From Longimicrobiales bacterium (GTDB taxonomy: Bacteria; Gemmatimonadota; Gemmatimonadetes; Longimicrobiales; Gaopeijiaceae): 64,000 nt of DNA. Below are positions 1-9,407 of the stretch, piece by piece; the first letter of the stretch is position 1; each line of letters opens with the position of its first letter. Position numbers and translations under genes: made by a program. The notes under the pieces were generated by a model. That model was given only the letters and a program-made list of their open reading frames with translations. It had not been told where the DNA came from and searched no databases. The stretch is from positions 1 through 64,000 of the forward strand of contig CBDANQ010000053.1 of the NCBI GenBank assembly GCA_965197725.1, read 5' to 3'.

Positions 1-1878
1 GACAGCTTGTCCTCCGCGCGGGTGATGCCCACGTAGAAGAGGCGTCGCTCCTCCTCGATCGCATCGGCCTCGTCATAGGCTCGGCTGAGCGGGAAGAGTC
101 CCTCCTCCAGCCCCGCGATGAACACCACGGGAAACTCCAGACCCTTCGCGTTGTGCAGGGTCATAAGCGTCGCAGTCGCCGCTTCGGGGTCGAGGCGATC
201 GAGGTCCGCTACCAGGGCCACTTGCTGCAGGAACAGGTCGAGTTCGGTGAAGGCGTCGAGCTCGTCGTCGTCCATACCCTTCATGAGCGTGGCGTCGAAG
301 TCGAGCGCTCCGGCGATGAGCTCCGAGACGTTTCGCGCTCGATCCTCTCCGTCGCTTCCCTCGTCGTACAGATGGCGTACGAGGTCGAGGTCTTCGACGA
401 GCGCCTCGAGTAGTTCCCCGATCGCCGCCTGCATCGCGCGTAGGCTGAAGCGCTGGATGAGGTCCGCGAAGCGCATGAGCCCATTGGCGCCCGCGGCCCT
501 TAGGTCGGGGATCTCGTCCGCCTGCGCCGCGGCCTCCAGGAGCGTGAGCCCTTTCTCGGCGCCCCAGCGTACCAGATGCTCCTGCGTCGTCAGCCCGACA
601 CCCCGACGCGGGTAGTTCACGACCCGACCGAAGGCCGTAGCGTCTTTCGGGTTCGAGATCAGTCGCAGATAGGCGAGTACGTCCTGGATCTCCCGGCGCT
701 CGTAGAAGCGCACACCGCCCACGACCTGGTAGGGTACCGCCTTCTCGCCGGAAGGCGTCTTCGAGCGCTCTGGCTTGCGCGTTGGTGCGGTACAGCACGG
801 CGCAGCCGCTGTAGGAGAGCCCCGGCGTTTCGCGGATACACGCCTCGATCTCAGCGACGATCCAGCGGGCTTCGTCGTTCTCGTCGAACGTCTCGACGAG
901 GGTGATTTTCTCCCCACCGGTGCGACGCGTCCGGAGCGTCTTCTCCGGACGGTTCACGTTCTCGACGATGACCGCGTTGGCGGCGTCGAGGATGCGCTCG
1001 CTCGAGCGGTAGTTGACCTCGAGCGCGACCACGAGTGCGCGGGGAAACGCGATCTCGAAGTCCAGGATGTTCCTGATGTCCGCGCCGCGCCACGCGTAGA
1101 TCGATTGATCCGGGTCGCCGACGACCATGAGGTTCTCGTGACCCTGGGCGAGCAATTCCACGAAACGGAACTGCGCCCGGTTGGTGTCCTGATACTCGTC
1201 CACGAGGATGAACGAAAAACGTTCCCGGTACCGGTCCAGCAACTCCGGATAGTCCTCGAAGAGCTCGACCGGCTTCATGAGCAGGTCGTCGAAGTCGAAC
1301 GCGTTCTGGTCCTTGAGGGCCTGCTGGTACTCGGTGAAGACACGTCCCACGTTGCGAACGAACTGATCGAAGGAACCCTCCGTGTCCTTCGCGAAGGTGT
1401 CGCCGTCGATGAGCTGGTTCTTGGCCTTGCTGATCTCGGCGCGAATCGCCTTGGGACTCCACCGTTTGGGGTCGAGCCCTACCGATTCTTGAACGCTCTT
1501 CACGAGCCGAAGCGAGTGGTCGGAATCGAAGATGCTGAAGGCGCGGTCCCAGCCCAAGCGATCCGCGTGGCGGCGTAGCAGGCGCGCGCCTACCGAGTGG
1601 AAGGTGCCCACCCACATGCCCGACGGCTCGGTGCCGAGCAGCCGCGTAATCCTCTCCCGCATCTCGCCGGCGGCCTTGTTCGTGAATGTGACCGCCAAGA
1701 TCCGGTCCGGCGGCACGCCGTGCTCGCTGATCAAGTGGCTTACGCGCGCCGTCAGAACCCGCGTCTTCCCCGAGCCCGCACCCGCGAGCACGAGCAGCGG
1801 GCCCTGGAAGTGCGACGTAGCCGTTAGCTGCTCTGGGTTGAGTCCGTCGAGATGCGCTGGAACCTGCGGATCAGGCAT
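1..1878 (-). pseudogene. pcrA: UvrD/PcrA family ATP-dependent DNA helicase, frameshifted near 741 and running off the window edge
   Basis: LNPEQ, VLAGAGSGKT, VTFTNKAA, VDEYQD, VGDPDQSIY, NYRS motifs. After EDAFRRE the conserved continuation (VPYQVVGGVRFYERREIQDVLAYLRLI ... EEERRLFYVGITRA) is in a different frame. Could be a sequencing error. Confidence 0.85.
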
Positions 1879-3052
1879 CAGCGGATGGCAGTCGGATCTG
1901 GAACGTGGTGCCCCCGAATCCTTCGAGCAGCTCAATGCGTCCCCGGTGCACGCCCTCGACGATGCGACGGGAGAGCGCGAGCCCGACCCCCCATCCACCC
2001 GACTTCGTCGTCACGCCCGGCTCGAAGAGCCTGTCCCGAATCTCGGGATCGACGCCCGGACCGGTGTCCCGGATGCGAAGCGAGATCCACTTGCCACCGA
2101 TTTCGCGGGCATAGATGGTGATCTTGCCACCCCGACCGGCGAGCGCATCGAGGGCGTTCTTCACCACGTTCTCCAGTGCCCAGATCAGCAACACCTCGTT
2201 GCCCTGCACTCTCGGCAGACCCGGGGCGATGTCGACGACCAGTTCTACACCCTTGCGGCTCAGCCTTGGGATTCGGACCGCGAGGTACTGCTCCAGATCG
2301 CTCACCACCTGGCGGACCGAGAGAGATTCCAGTACGGGTTCCCGCCCGATGAGCTCGAAGCGGTAGCTGATCCGCTCGAGCCGCTCCAGGTCTTCGCCGA
2401 TCGAGCCGGCGATCTCGCCATCGCGTAGTCCGCCAGGGCGCTCGCCGACTGGAAGGCTGAGCACTTCGAGCCATCCCGCCAACGAAGAGAGCGGCGTGCC
2501 CAACTGGTGTGCGAGCTCGCGGGCCATCGATGTCCAGGCTTTCTCACTCTCGGCTCGACGTTGGTAGCGGATTGCGACGAACCCGATGATCGCCGTGAGG
2601 AGGAGGCCTCCGACTTCCAGCCACGGGATCCACCTGAGCCCCCGTCTTTCCGGCGTATTGCCGAAGTGGAGGTGCTGGAGGTCGGTGTCTCCCACCGGCA
2701 CATGTTCGACGTCGAGCCTGCGAATGTATGCCTGGACGGCCGCCTGTCCTTCGCGTGTCTCGAGATCCGCCTCGAACCCAAGGTTCTCGGCGGCGAACAC
2801 CGTATCTCTAGGACCGGTCAGCACGAGCGGGACACCGGACTCGAGAATGATGCCCTGAAGGTTGAACAGTGCCTCCACGGTCGCTGACTGGTCCATTGTG
2901 GTGATGCCCGATTGCACTTCGTGGTAGATCTGGCTCAAGCGCTCCGTGTTCTCCTCCAGCGTCCTCGCAATGAACTGCGTATACAGCAGGAACACACCGA
3001 GCTGCACGAGGAAAACCGTGGCCAGAGCGACGGGCCACTTGATCTTCATCAC
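1871..3052 (-). CDS. Sensor histidine kinase
   Basis: Two TM segments, H-box ELAHQLGTPLS, N-box KNALDA, DTGPG and GWGVGLA G-boxes. Confidence 0.9.
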   Translation of the reverse strand: MMKIKWPVALATVFLVQLGVFLLYTQFIARTLEENTERLSQIYHEVQSGITTMDQSATVEALFNLQGIILESGVPLVLTGPRDTVFAAENLGFEADLETREGQAAVQAYIRRLDVEHVPVGDTDLQHLHFGNTPERRGLRWIPWLEVGGLLLTAIIGFVAIRYQRRAESEKAWTSMARELAHQLGTPLSSLAGWLEVLSLPVGERPGGLRDGEIAGSIGEDLERLERISYRFELIGREPVLESLSVRQVVSDLEQYLAVRIPRLSRKGVELVVDIAPGLPRVQGNEVLLIWALENVVKNALDALAGRGGKITIYAREIGGKWISLRIRDTGPGVDPEIRDRLFEPGVTTKSGGWGVGLALSRRIVEGVHRGRIELLEGFGGTTFQIRLPSADA

Positions 3053-3077
3053 CGGACGAGGAACCCCATGCCAGACG

Positions 3078-4358
3078 TCAGGTCGACGGTGTGAGCCGGT
3101 GCGAGCCCACGTAGGGGTGCAGTACCTCTGGCAGGGTCACGCTCCCATCCGCCTGCTGGTACGTCTCGAGCAGCGCAGCCATCACGCGAGGAAGCGCGAG
3201 CGCTGAGCCGTTCAAGGTGTGCACGAACTCGGGCTTCTCCGCCTGGGTACGCCGGAAGCGGATGTTCGCCCGGCGCGCCTGATAGTCCGAGAACGTCGTG
3301 CAGCTCGAAACCTCGAGCCACTTGTCCACTCCCGGAGCCCACACCTCGAGGTCGTAGGTGAGAGCGCCGCTCTGCCCCAAGTCACCCGAGGCGAGTAATA
3401 CGCGCCGGTAGTGCAGCCCGAGTCGCTCGAGCAACACCTCGGCTTCTCGCGTCAGCTCCTCAAGCGCGTCGCGACTCCGCTCGGGCAGCTCGTAGCGGAC
3501 GAGCTCGACTTTGTCGAATTGGTGCACTCGGAGCAGGCCACGTGTGTCCTTGCCGGCAGCCCCCGCCTCGCGCCTGAAGCACGGTGAGTACGCCGTATAC
3601 CGGAGTGGAAGATCATCGGCGGTGAGCAGCTCGTCCCGATGCAGGTTCGTGACCGGCACCTCAGCCGTCGGGACGAGCCAGAGTTCGTCCCGCTCGGTCT
3701 CATACGACTCCTCAGCGAACTTGGGAAGCTGGCCCGTGCCTGTCATTGTGTCGCTAGTCACCAGATACGGTACCCGTACCTCGGTATACGCGTGCTCATC
3801 GGTATGCACGTCGAGGAAGAAGTTGATCAGCCCACGCTGCAACCGCGCACCACCTGCCAGCAGAACGGGGAAGCCGGAACCGCTGACCTTCGCACCGCGC
3901 GCGAGATCGAGTATCCCCAGCGCCTCACCCAACTCCCAGTGCGGGCGTGGCTCGAAGTCGAACGTCGCGGGTGAACCATGACAGGCCCGGACGAGGTTGT
4001 GGTCCTCATCGCCCTCGGGGACCTCCTCGAATGGGGTATTCGGGATGCCCAGCAGCAGCGCCTCGATTTCCTCGTCGGCCGTCGCGACGCTCGCGTCCAA
4101 CTCGCTGATCTGATCCCCCACCTCGCGCATCTCGAGGATGAGCGCCTCGGCGTCTCCTCCCTCTCGCTTGAGCTCGCCGACACGCTTCGAGACCTCGTTG
4201 CGCCGCGCCTTCAAGTCGTTCACGACACCGAGCGCTTCGCGGCGCGTCACGTCGAGCTCCAGAACGCGGTCCACCAGGTCCGGGAGGCTCGCGTCTCTCT
4301 TCGCCAGCGCGTCTTTCACGGCCTCCGTCTCGTGGCGGAGGCGGCGGATGTCGAGCAT
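3078..4358 (-). CDS. serS: Serine--tRNA ligase
   Basis: MLDIR start, N-terminal coiled coil, PTAEVP, FRREAG, RVHQFDKVE, EVSSC, HTLNGS. Confidence 0.97.
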   Translation of the reverse strand: MLDIRRLRHETEAVKDALAKRDASLPDLVDRVLELDVTRREALGVVNDLKARRNEVSKRVGELKREGGDAEALILEMREVGDQISELDASVATADEEIEALLLGIPNTPFEEVPEGDEDHNLVRACHGSPATFDFEPRPHWELGEALGILDLARGAKVSGSGFPVLLAGGARLQRGLINFFLDVHTDEHAYTEVRVPYLVTSDTMTGTGQLPKFAEESYETERDELWLVPTAEVPVTNLHRDELLTADDLPLRYTAYSPCFRREAGAAGKDTRGLLRVHQFDKVELVRYELPERSRDALEELTREAEVLLERLGLHYRRVLLASGDLGQSGALTYDLEVWAPGVDKWLEVSSCTTFSDYQARRANIRFRRTQAEKPEFVHTLNGSALALPRVMAALLETYQQADGSVTLPEVLHPYVGSHRLTPST

Positions 4359-4954
4359 CAGTCCGGCGGAATGAGCCGGAGGCTGTTACAGACCGGGCTC
4401 GCGTCGAACATGAATCTCAGCGTACCGCCCTCCACGTCGATCACGAGCGGCACGAGCTTCGCGTAGTACGAGCAGGCCGTGCCAAAGATGCCGGGACTCC
4501 GCGACGTCTTCACCACGTACACTGTCTCCATCTCCACCGGGACCGCTGCGAACTTCGAGTACACGGCGGTATCCTCCGGAGCGTCCAACACGTCATCGAA
4601 CGAGAGTCCCGGCAGCGCCGTCAGGCTAGCCTTGGAGCTGATGCCGAGCGCCCCCGGTGGCAGGAAAACGAGCTGACCGCCTCGCGTATCGACCGCGACG
4701 TCCCAAGTGCCGGTGGCCCTTGCGGCCTCCACCCTCACTTTCACGCGATTGTGGAAGTTGTACGCCGCCTCGAGATTCAGCTCAGGACGCGCCAGGGAGT
4801 AGAGCAAGACGGTGTCCGGAGAAGCCGCCCATGGGAAATCGAACGGGTCGTCCCCGCAAGCGGCGAGTCCTACGGAGAGCGCGACGAGCGCAGCGAGAAG
4901 CGCGGACCCGACGCCACGGAGATTCACGCTTCTTACCAGGCGGAGCGTTGTCAC
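4358..4954 (-). CDS. Hypothetical lipoprotein
   Basis: Hydrophobic signal with lipobox LAAC; stop abuts serS start. Confidence 0.7.
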   Translation of the reverse strand: MTTLRLVRSVNLRGVGSALLAALVALSVGLAACGDDPFDFPWAASPDTVLLYSLARPELNLEAAYNFHNRVKVRVEAARATGTWDVAVDTRGGQLVFLPPGALGISSKASLTALPGLSFDDVLDAPEDTAVYSKFAAVPVEMETVYVVKTSRSPGIFGTACSYYAKLVPLVIDVEGGTLRFMFDASPVCNSLRLIPPD

Positions 4955-5053
4955 GAGGTCAGTCCTTGTTCACACGGCGGCCGAGGCCGAAGAGAGAGCG
5001 AAAGGTGCCGGAATCGAGATGGGGGTGTCAACCCCGAAAAGGCCTGCAATTCC

Positions 5054-5082
5054 TTGACTTTACCCCATGTGCCGGGTAGGTT
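5054..5082 (+). promoter_or_regulatory. Putative sigma70 promoter (TTGACT-17-TAGGTT); a divergent TTGACA lies at 5031-5026
   Basis: Consensus-like hexamers in a divergent intergenic region. Confidence 0.45.
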
Positions 5083-5157
5083 CCCCGCCCGTCGGCCCCG
5101 GCCTCCCGGCCCTTTCCGCGGCTGGGCGTCCGGCGGCCCTGCGATCGAGGAGCAACC

Positions 5158-5556
5158 GTGCCCGACCAGCAAGCCCATCACAGAGGTGGGTGCATCCTCG
5201 TGGTCGACGATGAGCCTCACATTCGACGGCTCCTCAACACCATCCTCAGCAACGACGGATTCGACGTGGTCGAAGCCACGGACGGCGCAGCGGGCATGGA
5301 GGCGGTCAAGTCGGATGCCGAGTACGACTTCATCCTGCTCGACTTCATGATGCCCGGCGCGACTGGACTCGAGGTCCTCGCTAGGATCAGGGCCAGTGAC
5401 CATCGAGCGAAGACCCCGGTGATCATCTTGACGGCAAAAGGCCAGGACACAGATAGAACGGCGGCGCTCGCTGGCGGCGCGAACGACTTCCTCACCAAAC
5501 CCTTCAGCCCCAAGAAACTCGTTGCCCGAATCCACGAGATCCTCGACGCGAACTGA
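5158..5556 (+). CDS. Single-domain response regulator (REC)
   Basis: ILVVDDE, LLDFMMP, ILTAK, FLTKPFS. Confidence 0.92.
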   Translation: MPDQQAHHRGGCILVVDDEPHIRRLLNTILSNDGFDVVEATDGAAGMEAVKSDAEYDFILLDFMMPGATGLEVLARIRASDHRAKTPVIILTAKGQDTDRTAALAGGANDFLTKPFSPKKLVARIHEILDAN

Positions 5557-6592
5557 CGACGGGCTGTGGGTCGTCGCTTTGGCCGGTGGAATCGGGTCTC
5601 GCTTCTGGCCAGTGAGCACCCGCGAGAGACCCAAACAACTGCTCCCGCTGGCGAGCGAGCGGCCGCTCATCGTAGACACCGTCGAGCGAGCGAGGGCGCT
5701 CGTGCCCGACGACCGTCTGCGCATTCTAGCGGGACGACACCTTGCTGAACCGTTCCGCTCGGCGCTCAAGGACCTGTCCGACACGGCCTACTGGATCGAA
5801 CCGGAGGCGCGAGGCACGTGTCCCGTACTCGCCTGGGCTTCCTGGGAGATTCACCGGCGCGATCCCGAGGCGGTCATGGTCAGCCTTCACGCTGACCACC
5901 GCGTCGACTCCCTGCCTGCGTTTCAGAGAACCATCCAGGCGGCCGCTGAGATCGCCCGAAGAGAAGACGTTCTGGTCTGCGTCGGGGCCGTTCCGGACCG
6001 GGTCGAGACGGGATTCGGACACTTGGAGCGGGGGGAAACGCTCGAAACGAGGGGCGAGATCACGGCACACCGGGTGAAGGCCTTCCACGAGAAGCCGGAC
6101 GCCGAGACGGCACAGCAGTACGTGAGGGATGGTCATCTGTGGAACACCGGCATCTTCGTCTGGAAAGTGTCGACCTTCCTTTACGAGTTGGCCGAGCACG
6201 CCCCGGAAGTCTCCACGTGCCTGGCTCTTCTGGAGGAGGGCGTCGACGCGTTCTTCGGGGCGGTACCCGTGTGCGTCGTCGATACCGCCGTCATGGAGCG
6301 CTCGGAGCGCGTGGCGACGGTCGAGGCGCTCTTCTCATGGGACGACGTCGGGAGTTGGGAAGCTCTTTCACGCTCACGGCCTTCGGACTCCGAGGGCAAC
6401 GTGCTGATCGGCGACGCGGTCACGGTGGATGGGAACGGGAACATCGCTTTCGCGGATCAGGGCAAGGTCGTGCTCTTCGGCGTCGATGACCTCGTCGTCG
6501 TTCGTGCGGCTGATGCCACGCTGGTGATGCCCAGGGGGCGCGCGGCGCACCTCAAGACGCTACTGACGGCGCTGAAGGGAAGCGAGGAATGA
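5522..6592 (+). CDS. manC: Mannose-1-phosphate guanylyltransferase (start uncertain)
   Basis: LAGGIGSRFWPVS...PKQLL, FHEKP, WNTGIF, WDDVGSW. Confidence 0.9.
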   Translation: MPESTRSSTRTDDGLWVVALAGGIGSRFWPVSTRERPKQLLPLASERPLIVDTVERARALVPDDRLRILAGRHLAEPFRSALKDLSDTAYWIEPEARGTCPVLAWASWEIHRRDPEAVMVSLHADHRVDSLPAFQRTIQAAAEIARREDVLVCVGAVPDRVETGFGHLERGETLETRGEITAHRVKAFHEKPDAETAQQYVRDGHLWNTGIFVWKVSTFLYELAEHAPEVSTCLALLEEGVDAFFGAVPVCVVDTAVMERSERVATVEALFSWDDVGSWEALSRSRPSDSEGNVLIGDAVTVDGNGNIAFADQGKVVLFGVDDLVVVRAADATLVMPRGRAAHLKTLLTALKGSEE

Positions 6593-7806
6593 GCGAGGCG
6601 AGGCTCTACCTCTTCGACGACAGCCGCGCACGGCGCTGGGCGCCGTTCTCGTTGACGCGCCCCGTGGGCGAGCTGCTCTTCGGTTGCAGCACCCTGAGGA
6701 CCCGTGTGGAGCACGTGCTCGGAATCGAGTGCCACGGTCACGTCTCCAGGAGAGCGTTAGTCGGCTTCGACGAAACGGGTGCGACGCCGGGCGTGTCCCT
6801 CAACCAAATAGCCCGTGATCGCTCGGTCGTCTTGTTCTCCAGCCGAGCGGTACCTGACTTCCAGGATGTCGAAGTGCCGAGCGAGCGGGCGCGCATCACG
6901 GTCGGCGGCGCGCCCGCCGGATGGGTCGTGCCACCCGGGTCCGAGCTCCCCTCCGAGCTCTGGATTCGCGATCCCGGCCATGACCCGGGAGACGCTCCCG
7001 AATTGGAGCTCGACGGCATCGTGCTCGAACGTCCCTGGGATCTCGTCGCACGGAACGGAGCGCGGGTCCGCGCGGACGCAGCGACGATGCCGGGCCATGG
7101 CATCGTTCCGGCCGACGTGGTCGTCGTAGGCGAGGGGACCGTGTCGCTCGCCGAGGACGCGGAGATCGAGCCCGGAGTTACGCTCGACACGCGACAGGGA
7201 CCCATCCGCCTGGATCGTGGCGTGCGCGTCGAGGGACCCGCCCGCCTGGTGGGTCCACTATATGTAGGTCCCCAAACCATGGTGGCGGGTGGAGCGATCT
7301 CGGCATCGTCGATCGGGCCCAACTGCCGAGTTCGCGGAGAGGTCTCCGACTCCGTCCTCGTCGCTTATGTGAACAAGGCTCACGAGGGGTATCTCGGCCA
7401 TGCGCTCGTCGGCCGATGGGTCAACCTCGGGGCGCTCACCACGAACTCTGACCTCAAGAACAACTACGGGACCGTTACCGTGTGGACCCCCGACGGGGAC
7501 GTCGATACCGACCAGATCAAGATCGGCTGCTTCCTAGGCGATCACGTAAAGACCGGAATCGGAACCCTTTTGAACACGGGGACGGTCGTGGGCTCCGGGA
7601 GCAACATCTTCGGAGGCGCGATGCCGCCCGCGGCGGTGCCTCCCTTCAGCTGGGGTTCGGGTTCGAATCTGACCGAGTACCGCCTGGACAAGTTCCTCGA
7701 GACTGCGGAGCGGGTGATGGCCGGGCGCAACGTTACGCTCACCCCCGGTGTGCGGGGCGTGCTCGAAGCCGCCTGGGACGCGACCGCTGGTCGCCGGTCG
7801 CAGTGA
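6589..7806 (+). CDS. GlmU-like putative sugar nucleotidyltransferase with hexapeptide repeats
   Basis: PFSLTRPVGEL, NKAHEGYLGHA, WVNLGALTTNSDLKNNY, GDHVKTGIG. Confidence 0.85.
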   Translation: MSEARLYLFDDSRARRWAPFSLTRPVGELLFGCSTLRTRVEHVLGIECHGHVSRRALVGFDETGATPGVSLNQIARDRSVVLFSSRAVPDFQDVEVPSERARITVGGAPAGWVVPPGSELPSELWIRDPGHDPGDAPELELDGIVLERPWDLVARNGARVRADAATMPGHGIVPADVVVVGEGTVSLAEDAEIEPGVTLDTRQGPIRLDRGVRVEGPARLVGPLYVGPQTMVAGGAISASSIGPNCRVRGEVSDSVLVAYVNKAHEGYLGHALVGRWVNLGALTTNSDLKNNYGTVTVWTPDGDVDTDQIKIGCFLGDHVKTGIGTLLNTGTVVGSGSNIFGGAMPPAAVPPFSWGSGSNLTEYRLDKFLETAERVMAGRNVTLTPGVRGVLEAAWDATAGRRSQ

Positions 7807-7825
7807 CAAGGGCTAACAGCGGGTC

Positions 7826-8647
7826 ATGAGGGTCGCGGTCTTGGGCAGCGGCAGTGCTGGCAACGCGACCTTCGTGTGGGCCGGCAACACCCGTGTGATG
7901 GTCGACGCAGGCTTCAGCGGGAAGGATCTCGCGCGCCGGCTCGAAACTCTCAGCCACGGCCCCGACAAGATCGACGCCATCATCGTGACGCACGCCCACG
8001 GCGACCACACTCGCGGCATGGGGGTCTTTGCTCGCCGGCATGGCACACCGCTGTATATGACCGAACGCACCCGGGTGGCTTGCGCGAAGCTGCTCCGGGG
8101 CGAAGAGACGATCGTCGAGTATCGGCCCGGACGGGCGTTCAACATCGGAGATATTCGCGTGGAGCCGTTCCTGACGGTGCACGACGCAGCCGACCCGGTC
8201 GGCGTCGCGCTCGTCGACGAATGCACGGGCCTTCGCCTCGGGGTCGCCACCGACCTGGGACGGCCCACCGCTCAGGTCCGGCATGCGCTGTCCTCGTGTG
8301 ACCTTCTGATTCTGGAGGCGAACCATGACGAGGTTCTCCTGCATACCAGCGCCTATCCGGCCTCGGTACGGCGCCGCATCGCGTCGAGCCACGGACACCT
8401 CTCCAATCAGGCAGCGGCACGCTTCGTGATCGACCTGCTGCATCCGCGGCTAGCCGGCGTCGTCCTGGCCCACTTGTCCAAGCAGTGCAACCGACCGGCC
8501 CTCGCGCACAGCGTGGTCGGAGAGGCACTCGAACAGGCAGGCTGGTCAGGACATCTGGAGATCGCGCTTCAAGATCGGCCGACGGCCCTCCTCGACGTGG
8601 AAGAGCTTCGGTACAGAGCCGGTCCGGCCCAGCTCAGCTTCCTTTAG
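7826..8647 (+). CDS. MBL-fold metallo-hydrolase (YycJ/WalJ-like)
   Basis: LGSGSAGN, THAHGDH, HDA, TDLG, LEANHD, GHLSN, HLS. Confidence 0.9.
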   Translation: MRVAVLGSGSAGNATFVWAGNTRVMVDAGFSGKDLARRLETLSHGPDKIDAIIVTHAHGDHTRGMGVFARRHGTPLYMTERTRVACAKLLRGEETIVEYRPGRAFNIGDIRVEPFLTVHDAADPVGVALVDECTGLRLGVATDLGRPTAQVRHALSSCDLLILEANHDEVLLHTSAYPASVRRRIASSHGHLSNQAAARFVIDLLHPRLAGVVLAHLSKQCNRPALAHSVVGEALEQAGWSGHLEIALQDRPTALLDVEELRYRAGPAQLSFL

Positions 8648-8712
8648 CTTAGCTGTACCCAAGCCCGGAGCCATCCACCAACGCCACATGGGTCCCTCGC
8701 GACACGGCCGCC

Positions 8713-8741
8713 TTGACAGAGCGAGCCCACGTGTTCATCGT
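8713..8741 (+). promoter_or_regulatory. Putative promoter (TTGACA-17-CATCGT) just upstream of Cys-rich leader ORF
   Basis: Perfect -35; weak -10; ATG 10 nt downstream, possibly a leaderless or very short leader. Confidence 0.5.
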
Positions 8742-8750
8742 TCCTTCCTC

Positions 8751-8858
8751 ATGAGTCAACGTACGTCAATCCTGAACGAGTCGTCACCGATGCCTGCAAG
8801 CTGTTGTGGTCAGACCTGTGGTTGTCCGAGCCGAAAGGGGCGTCGGAAGGTGGACTGA
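8751..8858 (+). CDS. Putative Cys-rich attenuator leader peptide 1 (MSQRTSILNESSPMPASCCGQTCGCPSRKGRRKVD)
   Basis: 35-aa ORF with four TGT Cys codons, followed by a terminator; upstream of cysH. Confidence 0.65.
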   Translation: MSQRTSILNESSPMPASCCGQTCGCPSRKGRRKVD

Positions 8859-8884
8859 CAGGCATCTGTCATACGGATCCGCCC

Positions 8885-8923
8885 AAAGGCGCCCCCCAGG
8901 TTGGGTGGCGCCTTTTTCTTTTT
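8885..8923 (+). terminator. Intrinsic terminator/attenuator 1
   Basis: AAAGGCGCC-C-CCCA-GGT-TGGG-T-GGCGCCTTT followed by a T-rich tail. Confidence 0.8.
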
Positions 8924-9050
8924 GCGACTGGGATCCAAGAAGAGACGCTGACCGGAGGGGTCGGGGGTCTGTCTCGATGGCTGGGGCCTGGGCAAGACCG
9001 AAACCTGAACAAAGAACGGAGCGATGCAGGACGCGCCAAGATGGCTTCGC

Positions 9051-9149
9051 ATGGAGGTGGGGGTGACCGCGCTTGTGATCCGAGGACACAACTCTGCCGG
9101 AACATGGTTCGCACTCTTTTCGGGCCGATGTTGTTGCGCGTGTAGCTGA
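9051..9149 (+). CDS. Putative Cys-rich leader peptide 2 (ends ...FSGRCCCACS; start could be 9024, 9051 or 9063)
   Basis: TGT TGT TGC GCG TGT AGC TGA at 9129-9149; GGAGG precedes GTG 9063. Confidence 0.5.
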   Translation: MEVGVTALVIRGHNSAGTWFALFSGRCCCACS

Positions 9150-9216
9150 CGCGATCCAGCCCACAGAGGTGAGCGGCCCAACCATCCATCAATAGGCGCA
9201 GACGACGCGAGCGGAT

Positions 9217-9247
9217 GACCGCGACCCTCACCCGGTCGCGGTTTTTT
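9217..9247 (+). terminator. Intrinsic terminator/attenuator 2
   Basis: ACCGCGACC-CTCACCC-GGTCGCGGT then TTTTT. Confidence 0.8.
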
Positions 9248-9407
9248 GTGCCTCGCGGAAGGAATCAGATCAGATCGACATCAGAGAAGACCACACGGGG
9301 AGCAACGTGAGACCCCTCAGGCGGGGGCTCGAGCTGATGATGAATCTCACATGGGAAAGAGGAGAAGAGCGGTGAGCAGGGAAGGCCAAGTCCGAAAGCT
9401 GAGCCAG

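Noticed and set aside
8784..9231. Several overlapping 86-133 aa ORFs in the ORF track
   Set aside because: No recognisable motifs; they run through terminators; better explained as leader region
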